Source: Syncephalis fuscata S228 (lineage: Eukaryota > Fungi > Zoopagomycota). From it: 64,000 nucleotides of DNA. Shown piece after piece: positions 1 through 11,288 of this stretch (position 1 is the stretch's first letter; each line of letters begins with the position of its first letter). The stretch lies in contig JAHLTZ010000036.1 of assembly GCA_025786725.1 (NCBI GenBank), forward strand, positions 1 through 64,000, given 5' to 3'. The position numbers were made by a program, and so were the translations under genes. The notes below the pieces were generated by a model. The model was not told the DNA's origin, searched no databases, and worked only from the letters and a program-made list of their open reading frames with translations.

Positions 1-1292
1 CATCGCAATTGCTCAATTCACGCTGTGTTTTGTTACCTAGAAAAGGTAAGTAAATTATTATAATCGTTTACTCAATAGATCTAATTTAATAATGTGTTTT
101 ACTAGGTGCTCGATATGTCTATCAACGTATGGTACCCAATCCAGATAACGTAAATTCGGCCATTGAGTATTATTGCCAGGTATTAAACATTGACATTTTA
201 TTACGCTATTGATATAACAACGAATACTAGGTGGGCGATGTCACCGACACTCGATTAAGGGCCTTACTTGCCTTGATATCTCAAGTTATCAACGAGCCTT
301 GCTTCAACCAACTACGTACAAAAGAACAATTGGGCTACTTGGTATTTAGTGGAGTAAGAAAGCAGCCTGGTGTCATGGGATTGCGGATTATCATACAAAG
401 TGAACGGGATCCAATTTATCTAGAACATCGTATAGAAGCATTTTTAGTTCAATTAGAGGTAAATTGTCGTAATAAATTAATCATTAAAGTTAAAACAGTA
501 ATTGATTTGTATTGATAGACGATACTAAAACAAATGACACAAGAAGAATTTGAGCGACATGTTGCCTCATTGTGCGCATCCATGTTAGAGAAATATAAGA
601 ATATGTATGAAGAAGGCAGACGGTACTGGAACTATGTTAATTCAGGCTATTATGAATTTGATCAAAGTAAGCGGTTATTTATATAATGGCTAATATTTAT
701 TAACAATAATAATGTAGTTAAAACGGATGTGGCCAATCTAAAGAATCTCAAGCCAAACCAGCTACTTGCTTTCTACAAACATTATATTGATCCAAGATCA
801 CGACACCAATGTAAATTATCGGTCCATCTAGCCTCGACTAAACTGCTATCCGATCCAAATCGAAGTGCCATTGTGCCGACAACTTCAATTACCAAAGCCG
901 AGCTTGATCACGCTCGTTTCTGTTTGAATCCGTTGGGTGTTGAGTTTTCAGACGATCGACTTGAATGGGCTTTACGCTCAAACGATGTTGTCAGCAGTCT
1001 TGGCCGCCTACTTGTAGATGCAGCACCTGCCGAGAATGAAACGGCAGTGGAGGAATTGATGCGACAACTGGATAGAGTACTCACTGCTGAAAATGGTGTT
1101 CTAGCCCAAATCGGTCTTAGACGAGAAAAGGCCATTCAAGAAGGCGATGGCCAGCAATTACTGCCGGACAATGAAATTATTCACGACATCAATCGATGGA
1201 AATCGATGATGGAAATGTCGACGGCACCTTATCCACTTTCTGCAATTGATGATGAAAATGGCAATACTAGCAACACGACAGCCAAGCTTTAG
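1..1292 (+). CDS. STE23: Insulysin/Ste23-like M16A metallopeptidase, 3' part (5' end lies outside the window; spliced)
   Basis: Motifs NSAIEYYCQ, EPCFNQLRTKEQLGYLVFSG, GLRIIIQSERDP, YEFDQ and KLSVHL across GT-AG exons 1-45, 106-179, 231-458, 518-666 and 718-1292. Confidence 0.9.
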
Positions 1293-1610
1293 TGCGTTAA
1301 TAAATGATATTGAATGAGCAACTGTTTGTGACTATTTTATTAATTAATTGCAATGTGATTATGAAGTAATAATGTAAACGTAACTATGGCATTAATGAAT
1401 GAAATACAATAGTTTGCATACTTATATACAGCTGACTAATCTCATGTTACACATTAATATCAAATGATTGATAGTGCGTCATTCTCGAAGTATATTTATT
1501 ACCCAAACATTCTATATACAGCAAGTTACGTGTTCACACCTTTACTTCATTCTCATTTATCAACACTACTTGGTAACATTGTAAGCCTTTAACCTTACTG
1601 CTACTTAACT

Positions 1611-3910
1611 ATGGTTCAAATTCAGCTACCGGACATTCCTATGTTTCGCCAGCTAGTACATCATGCTGCGAATGAAACTGACGCTGCCAATGCTAAGCCA
1701 GCCATAGTGGACGCTAACGGTTCCTATACATATCGTCAACTGTTGGCTGACATTAATGCTGTTAGGCAAAAAATAGCACCAAGGTTTGTGTATAACAACT
1801 ATAACCGTCGAAATATATGGCTCAGTAGAATATCTAATATTAACGTTTGAGTAAATAGTGATTTAAATGAGCAACGCGTCGCTGCTCTCTGTACACCTGG
1901 CTATAACTATGTTGTTACGCAATGGGCAGTGTGGGCAGCCGGTGGTGTATTTGTGCCATTATGTAAGTAACTATTAGTTACACATCAATAGTTTATACTA
2001 ATAACATATAGGTATATTGCATACCCAGCCGGAAGTTGCTCATTACCTACAAGACGCCGACTGTTCAATAGCCGTTGTGGATCCAATATATCAGGAAAAA
2101 TTAGCGGCTGCAATTGAACAACAGCAACAAAACGACGAGCCTAGTACTAAACCATTCGTGCACTCGACTGAACATATTTTATCTGAACTGGCAGATAGCT
2201 CAGCTATAGAGGTAAATAGATAGTTATTAGTATATGATTTGCACTGTTAACATAGAGATAACAAAAAATAGCTTGACAATATTTCTTGGACCACATTTGA
2301 CACGTCAAGAAATGCCATGTTTCTATATACAAGTGGTACCACAGGCAAGTGGTTTATAGATATACTAATAGTCATATAGATATACATTCTTACACTGCTC
2401 ACTACTAGGTAAACCAAAAGGTGTTGTCAGTACGCATACCAGTATGCTAGGGCAAATAAAGCCAATAACAGATGGATGGAAGCTAAATAACCAAGACCGT
2501 TTAATTAATCATTTGCCCTTACATCATGCACATGTAAGTCATGAATATTTAAATATTAAATATTTTAATAATAATAATAATGTTTTGTGTAGGGTGTAAT
2601 CAATGTAAGATCATTGATAATGTCAATAATTACACTAATGATTATAATATCTCTAGGCATTGCTTTCTATATTGTGGAGTGGTGCCACAGTTGAAATCAG
2701 GCCTAAATTTGATGCAGAAGCTATTTGGGAACGGCTACGCAATCCACATAATCTACCACCAATCACTATTCTGATGTTTGTACCGGCCATGTACAGTAAG
2801 TAATATTGATTATAGAATGAGCTTATTTTAATTGATTTATTACACAATTTTAGGTCTTTTACTTAAACTAATGGAAGAAAATGCGGAAGAAACGCGCAAG
2901 GCATGTAAACACATCCGTGTTATGACATCTGGCTCGAGTTCTCTGACGACGACCGTACGCAGACGATGGTACGAAGCAACCGGTCACGTATTACTTGAGC
3001 GTTACGGAATGACGGAAACGGGTATGCTACTTGGTGGTTCACTTGAACATCCGGATAAGCGTGTTCAGGTTAGTTGCTATTTGTTATATAGATTAATTTG
3101 CAATGTATATTTATTACTATTATTTGCTGTTGTTTTTCTACTCAGGGATGTGTTGGCTGGCCATTCCCCACTGTTGAAGTGCGTATAATGTCTGATGCTG
3201 GTGAAAATGGATGGGGCAAGCCAGACGTTTCAGGCGAGGTGCAAGTGCGTGGGCCTGGTTTATTTAAAGAGTAAATATTATGGTTATTATAGTTATTATT
3301 TATTTATTTGTTCATTTATTAGATATTGGCGCAATCCAAAAGCAACCAAGGAGGCGTGGACTGATGATTTTTGGTAAGTCATGAATTTATAGACTAAATC
3401 TAGCAAATAAGTATAACATTGTTTCTGTAGGTTTCGTACGGGAGATGTAGGAGAATGGACAGCTGAGGGTGGCTGTCGTCTTTTAGGTCGTACCAGCATA
3501 GATATAATTAAGGTAATGTGTGCGTTAATTGTAATATTTCGAATTAACACAGCTATGTATTGGTAGTCGGGCGGCTATAAGCTATCGTCGTTAGAAATAG
3601 AACGAGTTATTATTGAACATCCAGACATCCAGGATTGTGCCGTGGTCGGCGTCGATGACGAGACTTGGGGACAACGAGTCGCTGCCTGTATTGTGTTGGA
3701 ACCGTCGGCTAAGGTAAATTAGAGTTTACAAGTATTTATATATCTATTGATTCGCTTTATATAGCCAATGGAATTAAAGGATTTGAAAGAATATGTTAGT
3801 GCCTATTTGGCCCGTTATAAATTCCCGACGCTTTTGCATGTCACCGATGAACTGCCACGTAACACTATGCGTAAAGTGGATAAGAAACAAGTTATTGCTC
3901 TGTTTAAATA
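1611..3910 (+). CDS. Acyl-CoA synthetase, ACSF3/malonyl-CoA synthetase-like (multi-exon)
   Basis: AMP-binding YTSGTTGKPKG, LPLHHAHGVINALL, LLERYGMTETGM, FRTGD, KSGGYKLSSLEIE and LPRNTMRKV. Includes a 12-nt micro-exon at 2593-2604 and a GC donor at 2345. Confidence 0.9.
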
Positions 3911-4176
3911 AAGCAATAAAGCTATACATATAAGCTTAATTAAATAGCACTGCACTCATCATGAAATGTACAACCAAACATATTAACTAATGAGGCACAA
4001 TAATAATGTAATAATGATTAATATTCGGCGTTGCTTTTTTAATAAATACAATAAAAGTCAATTTCTCTTGAAAACAAGTGTATTCATAGAAAATGTTATT
4101 ATTAAAATAATGAAACATAGTCATATTTTAGAAGATGGAGCAATAAATCAATAAATTAAATGAATAAATAAATAAG

Positions 4177-4505
4177 GCGATGTTGATGCCAGTAGAAACA
4201 TGCACAGTATATTTAGTACAATGGCCAGTGGTAAACCAGGGCCTTCTGATTTCTTACCGTCTACTATTATAAGAAATCAAATTATAATATTTTATTGTAA
4301 GTAACATGAAATACTATTTAACACTAATACCGATATTAAAAATAGCGCAGACTGAGCCAACTTCACTTGAATTAGTCAGAGTTGATATAGCACTGCTTCA
4401 ACAAATCACTTCTCAATATTAAAAACCGATTAACGGTTTATTATTCAAGTTATAGATTTTTTTGTTTCCGGTTTGAAGCTAGGGGATTCAAAGTGCAGCA
4501 ACTCC
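4177..4505 (+). mobile_element. Fanzor element 3'-end relic (RuvC-III tail plus non-coding right end)
   Basis: Direct homologue of 29147-29512. Translates DVDASRNMHSIFSTMASGKPGPSDFLP, followed by a conserved non-coding tail ending GGGGATTCAAAGTGCAGCAACTCC. Confidence 0.85.
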
Positions 4506-4525
4506 TTTACTTTATATAATAGTCA
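4305..4525 (+). ncRNA. Candidate Fanzor omega-RNA (scaffold plus flank-derived guide), copy 1
   Basis: Non-coding block conserved with 29295-29512. Hairpins at 4350-4377, 4381-4402 and 4423-4439. Homology stops at 4505. Confidence 0.5.
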
Positions 4526-4685
4526 ACGCAATAGCAGTTTCCAACCAATGACAAAAACGACGGTCCCTGGAGTATCCATGGCAATTCTACCACCGATGGT
4601 TGTACTATTGCCCCGGTAACAGCAAGATGTCACCAGGGATATACTGATGTTCGCCAACTTAGATTTCAATCCATTATAGCGCTAT
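4523..4685 (+). pseudogene. Orphan exon resembling the RNase T2 N-terminus (CAS I), decayed
   Basis: AG..GTTAGT-bounded segment reading STQ*QFPTNDKNDGPWSIHGNSTTDGCTIAPVTARC. Resembles the T2 QW...WTIHGLWPDxC pattern. Confidence 0.35.
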
Positions 4686-5026
4686 GTTAGTTTATATGGT
4701 TGAGGAGCACGCTAAAGTATTTAAACATTTAACGCTATTCTTTTAATTACATATTGAGCTAGTAAAGACTGCTATTTATTATTAAAGCTATCTTTTATCT
4801 ACAAGTCATTATTGCATTTCTATTCTATTATTGTGACTTCCTGTTGTCGTGTACTAATTTGAGCTGTTGCTTTCTATTGTTTTGGTAACATACACGTGAA
4901 GCTACGTCAAGTTCTATTGTATTGTTTATATATTAAAGCGAAATCAGCTATTGTTTTGTGTTGATGTAGCCGCTATCTAGTTACACCACCGTTAACTTTT
5001 TGTTACTTTATTTCTAGATAGCAATA

Positions 5027-6480
5027 ATGTATTTACGACATCATATTATTGGAGCTATAATGCTTCTTGCTTCCGTATGTATGGCAAGCATATCGAATGA
5101 TCAATCGATCGACAACTCTTCTCGACAGTCTCATGGCTCTAGTAGATTTCACGTCAGTGTTAAAATCATTGGAGGACAGACAGCTCAGAAAGCAGAGTTT
5201 CCATTTGCTGCCACGCTATTCTTTTTATCGGGAAAAGAAGCGTGTTCCGCATCAATTATATCCAATCGACATTTATTAACTGCGGCACATTGTACTATGG
5301 AAGATGCAAAAGTAGTTTCTGCACTTCATAATCGTATAGCGGATAACAAACATTCCATGATTGATAATAGTGTAAATATCACAGTTTCAGGTCATCTACC
5401 TGATGCGTGGAATCAAAAACACGTCGATAGGACTTTCAAAACTATACTGGTGTAGCAAATTTTAATGTTGCTGTTAATCGTGAATCGGTCCATAGTGGAA
5501 CAAGTAACCATGAACAGACCAATGCCAACAGCCATCCTTTAGTGACTGACAATACTAACCAAACACAAATCCATGCTGGGCCACGATCTGAACAGTTTTA
5601 TCGCACTCGTAAAGCAAAGCCTATGGTTATTCGAGCGCATGATCGTCTTGTACAGCTGGGTAGTATTCGTACTGTACTTCGAAAGCCGCTTAAAATTCGT
5701 CGAATTCACGTCCATCCCGACTACATCCATGACGGTGCATTGCACGACGTGGCTGTCATAGAGCTTGAAAGCAATATCATATTTTCGGATACGGTGCAAC
5801 CCATCCGTCTGCTTGATAAGATATTCCATCCAGGTGACCAGCTCGTTGCCGTTGGTTTTGGCCGTGATGCTAGTGGTGCCACATCACCCACGTTACAGTA
5901 CCTGGATCTTGAGACGCCAAATAGTGATTTGTGCGAAGCAGGGGCACGATCTCATCCGTGGAATCAAAATTTTATTTGCGCAACCGCTACTCGAGCCAAC
6001 ACTGGCACGTGTATCGGTGACAGTGGCGGTCCAGCTGTAGTCCACTACACTAAAGACAATGTTGGTCCTAGTCGTCATCTACGCCAGGTAGGCATAGACT
6101 CTTACCATCGGAACGTACTACGAGAGGGTGAACACCAGTGTGCCAAAGATGGTACGCTAACGTATTGGACGCGAATAGGCGCCGTTCTTGACTTTATTGT
6201 CAGCGCTACCGGACTTAGTGCTGAGGAATTGACCGGTGCGCTAGACTCAACAGTAACGACACCAAGTGAAAAGGCCAATAGCGGCGATAAGAGCTCGAAC
6301 AAGCATAAAAAAGGACCCAGCAACTCAGGTAAACGCCATGGCGTTGGACGTATTATTAACGCCGACAATTATGATGAGCCTGCGTTTGAAGCGACAGGAA
6401 CATTTACGCGCCATTTACATAGATCTATGTACACCTGTACCATTGGTGTATTACTTGGCTTATTATACCCAGTGCTTTAA
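5027..6480 (+). CDS. Secreted S1 (chymotrypsin-fold) serine protease with hydrophobic C-tail; 1-nt frameshift near 5435
   Basis: Signal peptide, K|IIGG, LTAAHC, HDVAVIEL, GDSGGP. ORFs 5027-5455 and 5542-6480 join if one T is added at 5434-5436. Confidence 0.88.
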
Positions 6481-6784
6481 CATTTTATTAAATAAATTGT
6501 ATCAATAGTAACTATGATTTTATGTGCGTAAATATAATGGTATTACACGTTTAAATAGCAAGTGATTACAGAATCGATTAAGTAATCAATAGATGGCATC
6601 AGTATTGGATAGTTAATCCATCTAGTCTATAGCTAGTCACCATTGTTTCTATATAAATAATAAGCTATCTAGCCATAAATAAATATGCAACAAAGATATC
6701 TTAATATTATGTATTTATCCGGTTTTATTTGCTATGACAGATAGTATTATACTAACATACTAGATATTAGCAACACTTACACAG

Positions 6785-8005
6785 CTATGGATCAATAATA
6801 TGTGTGGGATGGACAGAATTAACACCGGACTTTATCGAGCCTATAACCTCGATGAGCGCAGTAGACACGTCGTACATCCAGGCATGTACTTGAAGAGGCT
6901 GGCCGCGATTCCATGCCTGCTGAACAAATGACGTGTTAGCAATGTTACGAGCCGATTGAAGAGCATTAAGCTCAACAAGGCGCTTCTCTCGTGCTTCATC
7001 GTCTTGAATGGCCGATAGCTCATCGTAGTTATTCTCATAGACATCCTCGACGTTGCGGAGCCAGTTGTCTAGTAGACCAAACGATTTGGTGCTAAGTGCG
7101 GCAGCGCAGCCACCGCACTTTGTATGACCACATACAATAATGTGCTTTACCTTCAGGTATTCGACGGCGTACTGAAGAACGGATAGCGCGTTTAGATCAC
7201 TGTTTGGGAACACATTGGCAATGTTACGATGGATAAACAAATCGCCAGAACCTATAAAAAATAATAAATACGACTTAGTAAAGTATTTTAGTAAAGCTGC
7301 AGTGTCTTACGAAGTTTAAGTAGTTCGGTAGGCTGCACACGGGAATCGGAACATCCTGGATAAACAATTAAATGAATCAACATAAGCAGTTTTGATCAAT
7401 CTATTGCCATATGAACTTACCAATCCATAGAATTTCTGGATTTTGGCCTACTGCTAGTTTGGCAAGAAGTTCGGGATATTTAAGCTTAAATTCCTCAGAG
7501 AACTGGCGATTATTCTCGAGTAACTGGGAAAGGTCGGACGAGTATGCTAAATGGCAGGCCAAACCACAGAAAAATAAGTAAGACTTGTTTTCGAATTAAC
7601 TGATTGCCTACCTCGGCTTGCGCTTGATGAATCGGTTGGTGCAGCCATTGAGCGGACAGTTGTAGTGTGCTTGCGCGAGAACCAAAAATATGAGGAGAGT
7701 CTGGAGGTAGAATGGTGATATGCCTTGGAAACTGGTCTTGCAGACGCCGAAGCACCGACTAAATAGTTCGGCAGCTGAGTACTGCTAATATGTCCTCGCG
7801 CCCCTGTGTAACAGATTCAACGGGTGTATACGTATTATTAAGATGTTACAAGTGAATTCTTTGTTAAAAGTGTGAAAAAGCAAGTGTGTGCGTGTGTTTA
7901 TTGCCTTGTTCAATCAGAAAATTAGCGCTTACCTTGCACCAATGGCCGCAATAGTCGAGTGGATGCCGAGCGTTCAAATTGAGTAATAACAGTTCCTACG
8001 CGCAT
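6785..8005 (-). CDS. NCE103: Beta-class carbonic anhydrase with N-terminal extension (alternative ATG at 7648)
   Basis: WIGCSDSRV, FIHRNIAN, LQYAVEYLKVKHIIVCGHTKCGGC, LVELN. Upstream exon ATG 8005 splices in frame. Confidence 0.92.
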
Positions 8006-9593
8006 TGCTGATATAGCGGCGATCAAAAGGGCATATTCGGGGTGTGTGGGTAAAGAAAAACGGCGATGGTTGCGAAATCAATGACGTTGCCTTGAAATGT
8101 ATCATTTAGCAATGATGCTGATTGGTGTAACATCTGTGTAACAATCTCAATCAGTACAGAACATCAAGCCGTGGCATGTTGATTGTAAATGCTAAATAAG
8201 ATAGTGACCAATACATTTTACTGCGCATAACAATTGTAAAGACACTAAAAAGGAAAGAGGATCTATAATGGTCAAAGATTTGCAAAAGCATAGTACGATA
8301 GTATAAAATTGGAATACAAATAAAAATAAAATAAACGTGCGACATGGACCGGGTCTTATTACCAAGGCTGCTGTTACACATCAACCTGATCATTACCGCT
8401 CTTTTGCTCGTATACATAAAACATAAAGCAGTTTTTAAAATAAATTTATACACACTTGCTGTGTATAGTAACGACACACGATCAGTAGAGCTGAGTTTGT
8501 TTTGGACATGTCTGTTCTATTACTCTACACGTACGGCATATGTACATACCAATAATATTTATAAACGTGTTTGTGATGGAGTATCAATACTGTTGTGCTC
8601 CTGGCAATCCATGTTGCTAACTAATAAACCACGCTCGTACAAATATGTTGTTGATTTGCTCAAATAATTAGATTTTGTTAGATTTTGAACACAGGTAGAG
8701 CAAAAATATGATTGCAAGTACTTAATAAAATGTAATTAAAATGAAGCCATATGTTTATTAACAAGTTTGCATAATTGAATAGAAACAATTAAATGCAGAC
8801 TTGTTAAAATACAATGAAGCCGTTGATTAAAGATGGGATAAACTGAAAATTGGCTAGAACTTGATATGCAAATGGACTTGGACTTTTTTATTAATACAAA
8901 CTAGTAAACACGCGTAGTACATGGCATATGTTTAATACATACTCCATTAGTGAACACACATGATTTGTGAATATATATTTAGCGCATAGATGATTGGTAT
9001 AAAATTTCACTTATTAGCAAAATAAAGAATAACAGCTTTTACGTATAGATTTCGTGTACATTTAAGAGTATTTGTGTTGCCACATTTACACTGTAACGTT
9101 ATGATACATTTCAAATATTACTGTTGTTGCGTCCTAGTATGGCTATTATTCGTTACATCACTCATGTAAATCGTGGATTTAATTTATCTTTTTTATCATA
9201 CTTTTTCATTTACACCAGAAACATCATTGTAAGCTAGTACTGCAGAAGCTTTAGTATTTGTATTGTAGAATATAAAACAATATATGACAAAATGAATAGG
9301 CAATAAATGGTGTGAATGTAATTATATTCAGTGCAGCCAATCGTGGATGCTAATCTTTGCAAAAAAATCTTTATTTAGCTAATAAAGGAGATAATATATA
9401 TTATAATAATGCAATACAGATCAAGCGACTAAATTACTACAAAAACAAAGGCTTTTTAAATTGCAACTACGGATTGCTAATATTAAATACAAAATAACGA
9501 AACCGAGAAGCTAATTTTAAAAAACATTGGATATTATTTCAGTTATAATACTGCTTATAACTAGTTATGCGTAACAAAATAAATTATTAACGT

Positions 9594-11288
9594 TTAAACC
9601 TTTTCTTCAAAATTGCTGTTTGTAGAGGCAGAGGAGGCTATATGTTCTTTCACTGAGGGCTGATCAAATGATATTGTGCGTTCTTGTAGACGATGCATAC
9701 GCTCTGCATCACGTCGACGCATTGGTGCGCGATAGAATAGCAGAAAGGTACTAGAGCACACGCTTGTTATTACAGCGACTAGAATGAGCGCACTAAGCAT
9801 ATTGCCAGGCGGCTTCCAGCTATTGCTTGGATCGCCTTTTTCATCACGTAGCACATTCATGATAAGCTGCGCAACCAATGCCACAAACTGACCGGCCATC
9901 CATAAAATGTTTGTTGAACTGGCCTCGGGCACTGGATATGTACATTCGACACTCAACTCAAGGCCTACTGGAAGAAGACTAAAAGAGGTGGCACCAATGA
10001 GCGCAAAAACGACCACACAGGCCACAAATGCGTTTTGTCGCACTATTTTAAAACAATAACAGCAACAACAACAACAATAATAAAAGCGTTAGAATGCCAA
10101 TTACTTCATTAGTTTGTGAATAAACAAATAGCATACCTGCAAATATACAACTGATAAAAGCTGCCATTGTGAATGGTAATACAGCTCGAGCAACTTTCTT
10201 GTGATTACCGGTGCGATCTATATAGACGCTTATAATACCTATAAATATGATAATGTTATTAACTGCTTTGATGATTACTGGTCGCATATCCTACCTGCAC
10301 CCAATAGACCAGCAAGAATTGCTGCTGCTCCAAATATACCAGCATCATCATCGGAGTATCCATATGGTATTACAATATTATTAAGAAGACTTGTTAGTGC
10401 TGAAAAGATGCCTACTAATCCACCAAACAGCACAGTTAGTGCCCAGAAGCCTGGTGCACGTAGTGCCTTAAGTATGCCTTGCAAAAACGTTCCCTCCGTC
10501 TCAGGGGGTGGTGGGCATGCTGGTGTAAGAGGGCGTGCACGTATAAACGGCATGGAAATGAGTGGCAGAGCGGAAAATACGGCAATGACGAGAAGCATTA
10601 TCGGTAGATCATCAGCACTTTTTGCCAGTCCTGGAACCAATACTGAGCCTACTGCAATGCCGACTGGATTGGCAGCGGTCGATAACGTATTTGCGATGGC
10701 TCGGCCGTCCTCCGGGAACCAAGTGGCAGCGAATTTTGTCGGCAAGTTTAGAATAAATGGTTGCGCAAAACCAGCAAGCACATGGCCCACCATCGTAATA
10801 CTATAGCGAGCGTGCGGCGACACAGGAATGACAACAGCAAGATAGCGAAGCCATGCACCAAGTGTAGTTCCTACTGTTCCATACAATAGACCTGCCTTGA
10901 TTCCGTGACGGTCAATAACAAAAGCTGAGGGAATTGAGGCGACCAAGTAGCAGATGTAAAATACCAAGCCAAGCATATTGGTTGTGGTGAGCGAAACATC
11001 AAAATACGCGGCACCAATATTGGCAATTGCAGAATATGTTATCCATATCATTGCATTAGCAACGTTAACTAGCACAATAGTGATTAAAATAATCCAGCGC
11101 ATTTTGTAAAGCCGATAGACTGTAGGGCCGTCATTATTGCTGCTGTATTCAGTGACTTCAACACCATCCGACTGAAACAACGTTTGCTGCAAGGTATCTT
11201 TATCAGCATTACCCTTCAATATGTCAGAGACTTCTGAGAAGGACGGGATGTGGTCAGGGAAATCCTGTTTAACTGTAACATTATCCAT
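9594..11288 (-). CDS. MFS transporter, FLVCR/SLC49-like
   Basis: YRLYKMRWIIL, FAQPFILNLPTKFAATWFPEDGRAIA, LPVGLELSVECTYPVPEASS; about 12 hydrophobic segments. Confidence 0.9.

Noticed and set aside
4137-4141. GGAGC as the left TIR of Fanzor copy 1
   Set aside because: Only 5 nt match and there is no target-site duplication.
4505-4515. Copy-1 flank CTTTACTTTAT is complementary to ATAAAGTAAAG near the copy-2 end (self-targeting guide?)
   Set aside because: An 11-nt AT-rich match is compatible with chance.
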